Origin: a virus
Reading direction: 5' to 3' (one strand)
DNA: 64,000 bases
IMG/VR virus record: IMGVR_UViG_3300048589_001057
Span: 16,519-80,518 of that record
Both the position numbers and the translations under genes were made by a program. Positions 18,898-28,709 of the stretch are shown in pieces. Each line of letters opens with the position of its first letter. The first letter of the stretch is position 1. The notes below the pieces were generated by a model. That model saw only the letters and a list, made by a program, of their open reading frames with translations, did not search any database and had not been told where the DNA came from.

Positions 18898-21670
18898 TTT
18901 TCAGGATTGGATATTTGAACAATTACCAGCTAGGTTTAAAGCCGAAGATACTTATGTGATTGGAGGTAAAGGTCTATTTCAGAGGTTCATAGAAGCTCAT
19001 GGCTATTACCTTGATACCTATGTAACTCCAAAGATTGATAGCTTACTAGATTTGAATGATGTTATCACTACAGATTCAGCCTACCTTGCATATATAGCTT
19101 GGTTTCTGGGTAATCCTCCAGATACCATTTACAATGAGGAACATTACCGCAGGTTACTAAGGTATATCATGGATATCAATAAGGTAAAGGGCACAGCTTT
19201 AGGCTATGAACTTTTCTTCCGTATCATGGGTATAGAGGTTACAGTTAATGAATTATCAGCTGATGGTTCTACATATGACTCGGGCCTTATTTATGATGAT
19301 GGCCATTATTATGATAATAATTGCCCTCCATGTTCTGGCTATACCCTGGATATAGTTGACCCCAATGGTATTCTTGCTGACTTAGATACTGACCCTTTAA
19401 TAACAGCTATGTTCTGGGCCATCATAAAATATCTTGAACCCATTAACGCCAGGCTAATCTCCTGGACTTACGGTAGTGGAAATGAGCCTTTTTTAGCTAC
19501 CTTAAGGATTGGGGAATACTATACTACTTCTCCCATAACAATAGGGAATAGCTCATATACCTACTACGATGAGGAATATAATGAATTAACTTTACCTATG
19601 GAGGGAACCATAGATTGGGGTGACGGTTCTCCCGAGGAAGAATTAACTCCTTATATCTCCCACCAATACACTGAAGAGGGGGATTTCCAGATAGCCATAA
19701 GGGGCCTTTGTCCACAGCTGGGAAGTACTCCCCAGATGCGTGATTGCCTGATAAGTGTTGATGATTTTGGGGATGTGGGTTTTAGGCAACTAGACTTTTC
19801 TGGATGCTATCTATTAGCTACTATCCCTAATCAAGCTGGGAAGTTGAAAGAAGCAGAATACCTAGCGGGTTTATTCGCTTGGTGCGAAGCTTTAGTAGGC
19901 CCAATTCCCGTGGGATTATTCCAGGGTTCTACTAAAGTACAAAACGGCCATGCTATTTTTTGGGGTTGCTCTAGTCTAACCGGAACTATCCCAGCTGACT
20001 TATTTAAAGATATGCCCTTATTGAATGATGCCCTTAATATGTTCTCTTTTTGTTCTAGTTTAACTGGTAGTATACCTGAAGATTTGTTTAGGTATAATCC
20101 CTTAATCGTGTCATTTCCTGAAGCTTTCTCTGGTTGTTCTGGTTTAACTGGTTCTATACCTGCTGATTTGTTTAGATATAATACCTTAGTGGGAGATTCT
20201 GCATTTACTGGTACCTTCTATGGTTGTTCAGGTCTAACTGGCTCTATACCTGCTGATCTGTTTAGATATAATACATTAGCTAGGAGTATGAATGCCACTT
20301 TCTACGGCTGTTCAGGTTTAACCGGGAGTATACCTGAAGACCTCTTTAGGTATACTACTCAAATACAGGATTACCCTTTTTATATCTTAGATGGGGATTA
20401 TCACTATGCCGCCGGTTTCGCCGCCACTTTCCACGGCTGTTCAGGTTTAACGGGGAGTATACCAGTGGGGTTATTTAGATATAATACTCTAGTAAATGTT
20501 CTAGCATTTTATGGTACATTCAATGGCTGTTCTGGTTTAACTGGTTCTATTCCAGTTGACTTATTCAGATATAATACCGGGGCTTCCCTTTGGGCGTTCA
20601 GGGAAACTTTTTCTGGGTGCTCAAGTTTAACTGGGGCTATACCTGAAGACTTATTCCTATATAATACTCTGGCTAGTGAATATGGCTTTGCCAATACCTT
20701 CTATGGGTGCTCAAGTTTAACTGGGGCTATACCTGAGGGCTTATTTACGGCTAATACCCTAGTAAGTAATTGGGGTTTTTATAGTACCTTCTATGGGTGC
20801 TCAAGTTTAACTGGGGGTATACCTGAAGGTCTGTTTAGGTATAATACCTTAGTAAGTGCTAATGGTTTTAGCCAAACTTTCATGAACTGTAGTGGTTTAA
20901 CTGGCTCTATACCTACTGACCTCTTTAGATATAATGTAAAAGCTGCGGCTAATGCTTTTCAGAGTACATTCCGGACTTGCTCAGGGTTAACAGGCTCAAT
21001 CCCAGAAACTTTATTTAAAGACTGCACCTTAGCTAGTTCTGCGGCATTTCACACTACATTCCATGGCTGTTCTGGTTTAACTGGTAGTATCCCTGAAGAC
21101 CTATTTAGGTATAACCCTCTTGGTACTGTTAGGGCATTCCATAGTACATTTTCCAGTTGTACTGGTTTAACAGGTTCTATACCAGAAGGCCTCTTTAGGT
21201 ATAATACTGGGGTATCTGCCGATGGGTTTAGAGAAACCTTCTATGGTTGTACTGGTTTAACAGGAACTATACCAGCTGACTTATTTAGGTATAATACTCA
21301 GGTTAGTACTGGTGGCTTCTACCGAACTTTCTATGGTTGTACAGGTTTAACAGAGGCAGCTAATGGGTTATTTTATTATAACTATTTGGTCACTTCTTTC
21401 TTTGGGGTCTTCAATGGATGTACTTCTCTCAAATTAAATTCAAACGTCTTTTTCCCACCAGGCCAAGAAAGTGTTTTCTTCTTGGGACGGGCGATGAACT
21501 TCTCTAATATGGTAAACCGGAGCACTTACTCTGGTGCCCCAGGGGTAGCCCCAGCATTATGGAATTGTTCCTTTAACCAAACTATCATCACTACCGGCTG
21601 CTATGGTGGGGATGGTAACAACTCAACTTCCTTATCCAATTACGGTGACATCCCAGTGGGGTGGAAATAA
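18890..21670 (+). CDS. Baseplate gpI-like protein fused to a PKD-like domain and a long LRR-like (BspA/DUF285-like) repeat solenoid; probable receptor-binding protein
   Basis: N-terminal YL.YIAWFLG...RRLL...KVKGT (P2 gpI-like); IDWGDGS..E...SHQY; 16-18 repeats of F.GCSGLTGSIP.DLFRYNT. Confidence 0.75.
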   Translation: MVNFQDWIFEQLPARFKAEDTYVIGGKGLFQRFIEAHGYYLDTYVTPKIDSLLDLNDVITTDSAYLAYIAWFLGNPPDTIYNEEHYRRLLRYIMDINKVKGTALGYELFFRIMGIEVTVNELSADGSTYDSGLIYDDGHYYDNNCPPCSGYTLDIVDPNGILADLDTDPLITAMFWAIIKYLEPINARLISWTYGSGNEPFLATLRIGEYYTTSPITIGNSSYTYYDEEYNELTLPMEGTIDWGDGSPEEELTPYISHQYTEEGDFQIAIRGLCPQLGSTPQMRDCLISVDDFGDVGFRQLDFSGCYLLATIPNQAGKLKEAEYLAGLFAWCEALVGPIPVGLFQGSTKVQNGHAIFWGCSSLTGTIPADLFKDMPLLNDALNMFSFCSSLTGSIPEDLFRYNPLIVSFPEAFSGCSGLTGSIPADLFRYNTLVGDSAFTGTFYGCSGLTGSIPADLFRYNTLARSMNATFYGCSGLTGSIPEDLFRYTTQIQDYPFYILDGDYHYAAGFAATFHGCSGLTGSIPVGLFRYNTLVNVLAFYGTFNGCSGLTGSIPVDLFRYNTGASLWAFRETFSGCSSLTGAIPEDLFLYNTLASEYGFANTFYGCSSLTGAIPEGLFTANTLVSNWGFYSTFYGCSSLTGGIPEGLFRYNTLVSANGFSQTFMNCSGLTGSIPTDLFRYNVKAAANAFQSTFRTCSGLTGSIPETLFKDCTLASSAAFHTTFHGCSGLTGSIPEDLFRYNPLGTVRAFHSTFSSCTGLTGSIPEGLFRYNTGVSADGFRETFYGCTGLTGTIPADLFRYNTQVSTGGFYRTFYGCTGLTEAANGLFYYNYLVTSFFGVFNGCTSLKLNSNVFFPPGQESVFFLGRAMNFSNMVNRSTYSGAPGVAPALWNCSFNQTIITTGCYGGDGNNSTSLSNYGDIPVGWK
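19870..21435 (+). repeat. Intragenic tandem 84-90 bp (28-30 aa) repeats
   Basis: For example CTATGGGTGCTCAAGTTTAACTGGGG at 20701 and 20791, 90 bp apart. Confidence 0.9.
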
Positions 21671-21915
21671 TAGCCTACGCCTACATGCCTTCTTCGACTA
21701 CGGAATTTCTAGTTTACTTTTCTATTAAGGAACTCTATGCTATAGTACTGGCCATCATAGGGTATACCTTTTTACTACTACAGTCCTATTTTAAGATTAC
21801 GGCTACCATAAGAGCTTTGGCTAAAGCCCTTGAAATCCAGGCTGAGGATATTAGGGTTCTAGAACTTAAAGTAAGGGATTTAGAGCTAGCTTCGGCTAAA
21901 AATCACACAAAATAA
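21661..21915 (+). CDS. Small membrane protein with C-terminal coiled coil (holin-like)
   Basis: One TM helix plus IRVLELKVRDLE coiled coil. Confidence 0.45.
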   Translation: MEIIAYAYMPSSTTEFLVYFSIKELYAIVLAIIGYTFLLLQSYFKITATIRALAKALEIQAEDIRVLELKVRDLELASAKNHTK

Positions 21916-21919
21916 CATT

Positions 21920-23284
21920 ATGAAACAGTTCACTTCTTTTCAAGCAGGCATTAATTCATTCCCTTTAAGCGAGGCTAGAATAGGCTTATTTAAAGCCGGT
22001 AGATATACGGGTTTTGACAGTATAATAGCTGGCCCAGCTGGGGCGGGTATCCCAATAACTTTGGGCCATTCAAGTGGGACTTTACCTTTCGTAGATTCCG
22101 ATAACCTTATTGGTACTAGTCATGGGGTAGTATTAACCCCACAGGGGATAGTACTTAAAACTCCAGACACCTTTAATTTCAATCTATCCTCCAACACTAA
22201 CCTACCTATTAGGTATGATATACTGTATCTACAATATGACTGGTCAGAGGATGTAATGGGTGGGGCTTCTTTGCTGGGGGTAGTAGAGGGCACGGTATCA
22301 GGGGTAATACCGGCCCTCACTTCTCCAGCTACTCAGGTTATATTGGGGATAGTAACGGTACCAGAAGATGCCACCTTTGCTAACCTAACCTATACCCCAG
22401 CCAGAGTCCCTCTCCCAGGTGGTGTAAACATAATAAATAATTTCCCCGAACTCGATGGAAGATACGCAAGATTAGCAGGGGGTAATCATTTCACAGGGGC
22501 TCAATCAGTTCAGGTACAAAACATTGGCTTAAACATAAGTAGCGGTAACCTTATCCTTACTGATTACTATCAAGGTAATACCTGGGTGGTTACTGGTGAT
22601 AGTGTATCCACGTACCAGATATACGGGATTCTTGCCCATATATCTGGTACTAAGTTTGCTGTGGGAACCCGGTTAACTATCGTATTCAAGGCTATAGGCA
22701 ACTCCCTGCTTTACCACGATACCTCTACACCAGCTGGACCTAAGTTTGACCTATCATTACTTCACCCAACAATATCTCCAGGCCAGGCTCTTAACATCAG
22801 GGCTGAACAGGTATATGAGTTTGAGCAAATGTCAACTGATAGGTGGGTATTAACTAATGCCGCCTCATTCATTACATCTAGTATACAAACTCTAACCAAT
22901 TCTGTATATCTATTACAACAATCTACTTATAAAAGTGGGGGTATAATAGACAGAGAGTTTGGAGTAACTTTATCAAACTTAGACTATGAGCCATATGTCT
23001 TAAAAATTAATGGTATAGTCTATGTCCAGGTTTCCGTGGTATATGATGTTACGGTAGCACCTCCTAATGCTACTCCAATAGGGGTTGTCCCCGTAGGTTT
23101 TAGGCCATTATGGGAAGTACAGGGATTCGCTAAAGGTGAGACTTCCATGAATGAGTATATATTAATTGAGTATACCATTAATCATACTGATGGCATACTC
23201 AAGGTTATCAATCGTACCTCAATAAATGACACTGGCCCAATAACCATACAATTCAATACCTCTTACCCATCAGTGGGATACTAA
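21920..23284 (+). CDS. Tail fibre/receptor-binding protein
   Basis: N-terminal baseplate-anchor-like segment (RYDIL.L, P.LT....VILG.V.VP); C-terminal NGIVYV...IGVVPVGFRP head domain. Confidence 0.65.
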   Translation: MKQFTSFQAGINSFPLSEARIGLFKAGRYTGFDSIIAGPAGAGIPITLGHSSGTLPFVDSDNLIGTSHGVVLTPQGIVLKTPDTFNFNLSSNTNLPIRYDILYLQYDWSEDVMGGASLLGVVEGTVSGVIPALTSPATQVILGIVTVPEDATFANLTYTPARVPLPGGVNIINNFPELDGRYARLAGGNHFTGAQSVQVQNIGLNISSGNLILTDYYQGNTWVVTGDSVSTYQIYGILAHISGTKFAVGTRLTIVFKAIGNSLLYHDTSTPAGPKFDLSLLHPTISPGQALNIRAEQVYEFEQMSTDRWVLTNAASFITSSIQTLTNSVYLLQQSTYKSGGIIDREFGVTLSNLDYEPYVLKINGIVYVQVSVVYDVTVAPPNATPIGVVPVGFRPLWEVQGFAKGETSMNEYILIEYTINHTDGILKVINRTSINDTGPITIQFNTSYPSVGY

Positions 23285-23297
23285 CTTAAAACACAAA

Positions 23298-23321
23298 AAT
23301 GCCCGGGAAAACCCGGGCATT
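23298..23321. terminator. Bidirectional terminator between convergent genes
   Basis: Perfect 10-bp stem AATGCCCGGG-AAAA-CCCGGGCATT with A/T flanks. Confidence 0.8.
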
Positions 23322-23327
23322 AATGTG

Positions 23328-23963
23328 TTAGGATAAAGCTAACTCCTTAAAATTTTCTCTGGCCATATCAATGGCTTGCTTAATCTCATTTCTGATATCC
23401 CTGATAAGATTACGGTTACTCGGGGTTACCTCTTCACCCAGGAATTGCAATATCAAATCCCCAGGTATCCTAGAATCTCGATTCTTAAGTTTGGATAAAA
23501 TAAAGAGGGGTGGATTTAATTGGATTTGAAGCAATTCCCAAGCTTCCCGGGAAAGAGTTTTTTGTAGGAATTCCATTGCTAGATTAAAAAGTAATTCCTG
23601 GTTATCATCCCGATAATCCTCAGTGATATTAAACATAGATAGGTCTTCCAAATTAATGGTGTTAAGAGCAATAGCATTGTTAGCTTGATAGGATCTCCTT
23701 AATACCTTAAGCTTAAAGGTTTTTAAAGAGTTAATAATATAACCAAGTAATACCTGGTTATCCAGTTTACCAAAGTACTTGTTGAAAACAAAAATAAATT
23801 TGTCATCAAACCAACTTCGAAGTTCATCTTTGGTAACTCCAAAGCGGGACTCATCTATTTGGTAGATTAGTGATTCCCTTAGGTTGTGGGTTTTTTTGTA
23901 GAGTTCATTGAAGAGGGCTTGGTCATAGCCTTCTTGCATGGGGGTTAATCGATGAAGTTCCAT
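23328..23963 (-). CDS. Sigma-70/ECF-like transcription factor
   Basis: DQALFNELY...DELRS...YI.NSL....LRR (region-2-like) and LSREAWELL...LQFLG...IRNEIK (region-4-like); the only credible minus-strand gene. Confidence 0.55.
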   Translation of the reverse strand: MELHRLTPMQEGYDQALFNELYKKTHNLRESLIYQIDESRFGVTKDELRSWFDDKFIFVFNKYFGKLDNQVLLGYIINSLKTFKLKVLRRSYQANNAIALNTINLEDLSMFNITEDYRDDNQELLFNLAMEFLQKTLSREAWELLQIQLNPPLFILSKLKNRDSRIPGDLILQFLGEEVTPSNRNLIRDIRNEIKQAIDMARENFKELALS

Positions 23964-23989
23964 GTTTTGGGAGGATTTAGGTTGTAACT

Positions 23990-24011
23990 ATTAATTAATA
24001 ATGCAAATATA
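23990..24011 (-). promoter_or_regulatory. Host-type promoter module driving the sigma-like gene
   Basis: Reverse complement reads TATATTTGCATTATTAATTAA, the same core as the repeated early promoters. Confidence 0.75.
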
Positions 24012-24094
24012 AATAAATAAATGCATAAAATATACCCCATAGTAAAAAAGTTATTAACAAAGGCCTTAGTTAATATACTTAAAGCACTTGGTAA

Positions 24095-24106
24095 ACTATT
24101 AATAAT
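24095..24106 (+). promoter_or_regulatory. Phage-specific promoter motif ACTATTAATAAT (also 10111, 28689, 30660, 46665; variants 5179, 23987, 34889, 42016, 48192)
   Basis: Exact 12-mer recurs five times, each time at a gene boundary shortly upstream of a start codon. Confidence 0.7.
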
Positions 24107-24120
24107 TAATACTTTGGACT

Positions 24121-25512
24121 ATGGTTAAAGAAAAATTTACCTTTACCCCTGAATGGCAACTAGACTTGATCAACTATATTACCTTAGACAGGGATGGGGC
24201 TAAAGCTTTAGAATTGATTATACCCGATTACTTTACTTTATTAGACCATGCCATCATAGTTCAAGCTTTGAAGGATTTCTATAAAGTAGAGAAGAGGGTT
24301 CCCGGAAAAACCTTTTTAAAAGAGGAAGTACTTAAACTCCTAAGAACCCAGGACTACGTAAATACTTTTAATACCCAAGAGAAAAAGGATATCATAGATA
24401 TCATCAATCACCTATACCAACCCATCAGGGATGGGGATATCATTCTGAGGGATACTGCCAAGTGGGCTTCTTATGTGGAATTAAAATCCGAGATTGAATC
24501 GGTTAACCTAATGAACTTCGAGGAGCATCAAGCTTTTTCTTCTCGGGTAATGAAAGCCATAAGTATAGGCAATCTACAGAACCAATCCGCTACCGGGACT
24601 TTTCTTATCAAAGATATTGAGGAGAGACAACTTGCTAGGGCTAGTAATGAGATAGTCATCCCAACTCCTTTCCGACAAATTAATAGGTTAACTAATGCTG
24701 GTGGGTACGAAAAGGGCAGTATCATAGTAATTCTGGATAGGCCTAAGAAAGCTAAGACAACTGTACTGGTGAATGTTGCTAAGGGCTACCTGAAGAGGAA
24801 AAAGAAAATATTTGTAGTTGACTTGGAGAATGGCCAAGACAGCTTAGCAATGAGGTTTGAGCAGTCTGTAGCTGGCATCTCTAAGTCAGAACTACTCTCC
24901 TCTAAGTATGATAAGTATGTAAAGAAGGTATTACGAAAATACCGTAGGCTAGGGGGAGAAATCTACATCCGAAGATTTCCAGCTTTCACCACAACTACCG
25001 CCCACCTGCAAGCTGAGATGGACTTAATGTACCAACTTCATGGTATAGTATTCACCGACCTGATTATTGATTATCCTGGTCTAATGGGGTCAATGTCGAA
25101 GAAGTCAGATGATACAGAGAGGATATCTGATGTATACGTGGACCTCACTAACCTCATCCTGGCTAATGGTATTGACCATACCTGGGTTGCCCACCATGTA
25201 GTAAGGGCTGCTGAGAAACGCATGGCCACAGTATACCAAGAAAATGATATCGCCAAATGTATTGATATAGTCAGGCACGTACATGCCCTTTATGGCTTAA
25301 ACCGTAATGAAAGGGAAGAGGAAGAGGGGATATTGAGGATGGAGTTAATAGCTCAAAGGGATGGTCTCCCTCATGGAAGAGCCCTATTTAATTCCGACCT
25401 TACTACCCAAAGGGTGGATGAAATGACCAATGAGGAAGTAAGGAATTACCACCAGGTGAATGAGGAGTTAATTAAGAATATTGAAGAAGGCCAATATAAG
25501 GGGGATATGTAA
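24121..25512 (+). CDS. Replicative DNA helicase (DnaB/gp41-like)
   Basis: IPTPF..INRLT.AGG, VDLEN, LIIDY motifs; Walker A degenerate (DRPKKAKT). Confidence 0.8.
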   Translation: MVKEKFTFTPEWQLDLINYITLDRDGAKALELIIPDYFTLLDHAIIVQALKDFYKVEKRVPGKTFLKEEVLKLLRTQDYVNTFNTQEKKDIIDIINHLYQPIRDGDIILRDTAKWASYVELKSEIESVNLMNFEEHQAFSSRVMKAISIGNLQNQSATGTFLIKDIEERQLARASNEIVIPTPFRQINRLTNAGGYEKGSIIVILDRPKKAKTTVLVNVAKGYLKRKKKIFVVDLENGQDSLAMRFEQSVAGISKSELLSSKYDKYVKKVLRKYRRLGGEIYIRRFPAFTTTTAHLQAEMDLMYQLHGIVFTDLIIDYPGLMGSMSKKSDDTERISDVYVDLTNLILANGIDHTWVAHHVVRAAEKRMATVYQENDIAKCIDIVRHVHALYGLNRNEREEEEGILRMELIAQRDGLPHGRALFNSDLTTQRVDEMTNEEVRNYHQVNEELIKNIEEGQYKGDM

Positions 25513-26469
25513 ATGACTATAAAAGACAACCTACTAAACTACTTCATCAATCGCTGGGGTATGTATGAATATACTCGGGGTTGGCTAAAAGGCGACTGTC
25601 CCTATTGTGGTAGAGAGGATAAATTTGGGGTACATATTGGACAAAATCGGTCACATTGTTTTGTATGTGATGGTGGGGAAAGGCCCCTAAAGGTTGTGGC
25701 TAGGATTGAGAAAGTCAATATCAAGGAGGCTTTAAAGTTAATCGGTACTTTCGAGGGGCTTAAGTTTAAGGAAAGCGAAGTAGTTGAGTACGAGAAGAAG
25801 CCTGTTATCCTACCCGAGGGTTTTGTACCCTTAAATTTAGGTCAAGGGCAATTGGGTAAATCCGCTAGAGCCTACATAGTTAATAAAAGGAAGCTAGACC
25901 CCCAAGTATTAGCCAGTAAGGGTTTTGGTTATTGCGAATCAGGGCCTCTATTTGGGTATATTATTATGCCCTACTATATCCGGGGAGTTTTAGTATATTA
26001 TCAAACTCGTAACTTCATGGGTACTGGCCCTAAATTTAATAATCCTAAGATAGAGGATTTTGGGATAGGCAAAAGCTCCCTGATATATAACCAGGATAGC
26101 TTATGGGTGTATAAAAGTACTCATATAGTGGAGTCCATATTCAATGCCGAAACTATCGGAGATAATGCCATAGCTATAGCTGGGAAATCCCTATCTAATA
26201 TCCAGTGGTCTACCATAGTTTCCTCACCAGTGGAACGTATCACCATTGCACTAGATCCAGATGCCTTTTATACTAAGGCTTTACCCCTGGCTTTCAGTTT
26301 AATCCCCCATAAACAAGTAAAATTACTTAGACTACCAAATAATCAAGATGTTAATTCAATAGGAAGAACTAGCACTATGCAATTGAAACGCAGGGCAGCC
26401 TATTTAAGCTATGCAGAACTATTAAAAATCAAACATAATTATGAAAGAGAAGCCTACTATGAAACGTGA
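25513..26469 (+). CDS. DNA primase (Zn-finger plus TOPRIM)
   Basis: CPYC...HCFVC zinc ribbon; IVES.FNA, IALDPDA, QDVN. Confidence 0.85.
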   Translation: MTIKDNLLNYFINRWGMYEYTRGWLKGDCPYCGREDKFGVHIGQNRSHCFVCDGGERPLKVVARIEKVNIKEALKLIGTFEGLKFKESEVVEYEKKPVILPEGFVPLNLGQGQLGKSARAYIVNKRKLDPQVLASKGFGYCESGPLFGYIIMPYYIRGVLVYYQTRNFMGTGPKFNNPKIEDFGIGKSSLIYNQDSLWVYKSTHIVESIFNAETIGDNAIAIAGKSLSNIQWSTIVSSPVERITIALDPDAFYTKALPLAFSLIPHKQVKLLRLPNNQDVNSIGRTSTMQLKRRAAYLSYAELLKIKHNYEREAYYET

Positions 26470-27241
26470 TCCAAGCATACACATAAAGCTGTCGGATTTC
26501 GAAGATATCCTTCTTAAGGTTTTACCATTCACTTTGCCTAAAGATATTCCAGGTATTGCTCGAGCAATCCTTAAATTGTCCAGGCCTCATGCTGTCAATA
26601 CCCGTATGATTTCAGTAACCACTGAACGCCTGGAAAAGAAAGTAAATAAAATCCTTACTTCAACAACTAAGGATGCCGATCTTATGGCTAGAATGATTTA
26701 TGCTGCAAGGATTAGGGCTAAGCATAGGGGGGTACAACAAATTAAACCCTCCACCCGTGATTGGGGGATGGTTAAAGAGATTGCCAATTTAGCCAATGCC
26801 TTTTGTATGGATTTCAACATGGGGAAAAAAGAGGGGTACTTACGGTACATAGAGTTAGCCGCCCAGAAAATGAAAAGCTTTAACATATCCCGTATATCAA
26901 GTATGCACGAATCTATATGTAGGACTCATGAGGCTCTATTCGAGATTGCCAAGGACCCCTACCCGGAGTTTACTGAACAGGTACATCAATACTACAGAGT
27001 GAAGGTTGCCAAGAAAACTGGTATCATTAATAACTTTAGGGGAGAGCCAGATAAATATGTGTTCTTCGTAAGGGCCTCAGCCCTAATCAAACAACTAACC
27101 GTACCAATCATACATTTCATTGATGCCCAATTCGAGGCAATGGAATACCGAAATTCAATGCCAGAACCAGCTCAGCTAATTGGGCAGAAGGCCAAAGAGA
27201 GATTAAACAAATATCTCTATGAGAGGAGTATCAGAATATGA
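26441..27241 (+). CDS. Hypothetical replication-module protein (likely start 26459)
   Basis: ORF track; coupled between primase and helicase. Confidence 0.55.
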   Translation: MKEKPTMKRDPSIHIKLSDFEDILLKVLPFTLPKDIPGIARAILKLSRPHAVNTRMISVTTERLEKKVNKILTSTTKDADLMARMIYAARIRAKHRGVQQIKPSTRDWGMVKEIANLANAFCMDFNMGKKEGYLRYIELAAQKMKSFNISRISSMHESICRTHEALFEIAKDPYPEFTEQVHQYYRVKVAKKTGIINNFRGEPDKYVFFVRASALIKQLTVPIIHFIDAQFEAMEYRNSMPEPAQLIGQKAKERLNKYLYERSIRI

Positions 27242-28677
27242 TAACAATAGAATTAACTAATATTTCAATGTTCCTTTCAGGCCCTCTAAGGGTAATGAAT
27301 CCCCTATATGAGGCTTTCAAATACAGGCATCCACAGGCTTTTTACCTTAAGAAAGCTATGAAAGGTAGGTATTGGGATGGGTATGTGGAACAAATTAAAC
27401 CCTCTGGTAATGCCCAGGCTGGATTACTACCTAAAGTAATTGAATATCTGGTGGATAAGAGTATACCTTATCAAATAGAGGATAACCGAAAACCCGTAGA
27501 GCTTCAAGCTATACCAAGGCATATTCAAAAAAATTTATTAAGGCCATATCAACTGGAGGCCATAAAAGCTGTAGTTAATAATTATGTAGGGGGAGTTTAC
27601 TATCCCCGAGGCATAATCAGTGCAGCTACTAATGCTGGTAAAACTCTGATGATGGCTGGAATATTTTTGGCCTATGAAAAAGCTAAAGGCCTGATACTTC
27701 TAAGTGATAGCCATCTTTACAACCAGTTTTTGGTGGATATGCCCAAGATATTTGGGAATAAGTGGGGATATTGCCGGGGTAAAGAAATTAAATTTGGTAA
27801 CATCACTGTAGCTATGGCTCAAACCCTAGTAAGACATTTACCCCAATATAAAAAAGAGCTATTTGGATTGGATGTTTTACTAGTGGATGAATGTGATTTA
27901 TCTACCAGTAAGACCTATACCAAGATAATCAAGTACATTCCTAATGCCCAAGTAAGGGTGGGGTTATCCGGTACAGTGTTTATCCGAAACCTTGCTAAGG
28001 ATCGCGTAAAGAATAATACAATCATAGGCCTTTATGGCCAAGAGCTTTTCAGAATTAAAAACATAGAACTTATGGAACAGGGTTATTCAACTCCAATTGT
28101 TATTAAAATCAACCAGGGTAATTCCAGGATGGTAAGGACTAATGACTATGATGAGGAATACAAAAAGGGTATTTCTACAAACATAGATAGAGCAAGGGTG
28201 GCTGTAGATAGGACTAAGTTTTACTTATCCCGGGGAGTCTACCCTATACTCATAGTTTGTAAACTACATGAACATGTAGAATTGGTTGCTGACTTATTTC
28301 AGAGGCATTTTGGGACAAAGTACAAAGTGGCTTATGTACATAATGATGTCAAAAACAAAACCCAAGTTATCGAGGAATTTAGGGTGGGAGAAATAGATAT
28401 CCTAGTGTCCTCCTTATTAATAAAAAGGGGGCAGAACTTACCCCTTATCCAAGCTATCATTAATTTAGCTGGGGGGGAAGGCCCAGAGGGTCCTCTCCAG
28501 GTAATAGGTAGGGGAACTCGTACTGATGAAAGTAAGTCCAAGTTTTATTATGAGGATTTCTATGATGCTGGTCAATATCTTGAACGTCACAGTAAACGCA
28601 GGATTTCTTATTATAAAAATGAGGGCTTTAAAGTTCTCCTACTGGGTACGCTTAAAAAGCGGCCTAGAAAAAAGTAA
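27238..28677 (+). CDS. SF2 DNA helicase (UvsW-like)
   Basis: LRPYQ, ATNAGKT, LVDECD, GLSGT, QVIGRGTR. Confidence 0.88.
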   Translation: MITIELTNISMFLSGPLRVMNPLYEAFKYRHPQAFYLKKAMKGRYWDGYVEQIKPSGNAQAGLLPKVIEYLVDKSIPYQIEDNRKPVELQAIPRHIQKNLLRPYQLEAIKAVVNNYVGGVYYPRGIISAATNAGKTLMMAGIFLAYEKAKGLILLSDSHLYNQFLVDMPKIFGNKWGYCRGKEIKFGNITVAMAQTLVRHLPQYKKELFGLDVLLVDECDLSTSKTYTKIIKYIPNAQVRVGLSGTVFIRNLAKDRVKNNTIIGLYGQELFRIKNIELMEQGYSTPIVIKINQGNSRMVRTNDYDEEYKKGISTNIDRARVAVDRTKFYLSRGVYPILIVCKLHEHVELVADLFQRHFGTKYKVAYVHNDVKNKTQVIEEFRVGEIDILVSSLLIKRGQNLPLIQAIINLAGGEGPEGPLQVIGRGTRTDESKSKFYYEDFYDAGQYLERHSKRRISYYKNEGFKVLLLGTLKKRPRKK

Positions 28678-28709
28678 TTACTTCAAAAACTATTAATAAT
28701 AAATCCACT

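Noticed and set aside
19870-21435. Solenoid repeats as a second DGR target or VR
   Set aside because: No similarity to the TR, and differences between repeats are not adenine-specific
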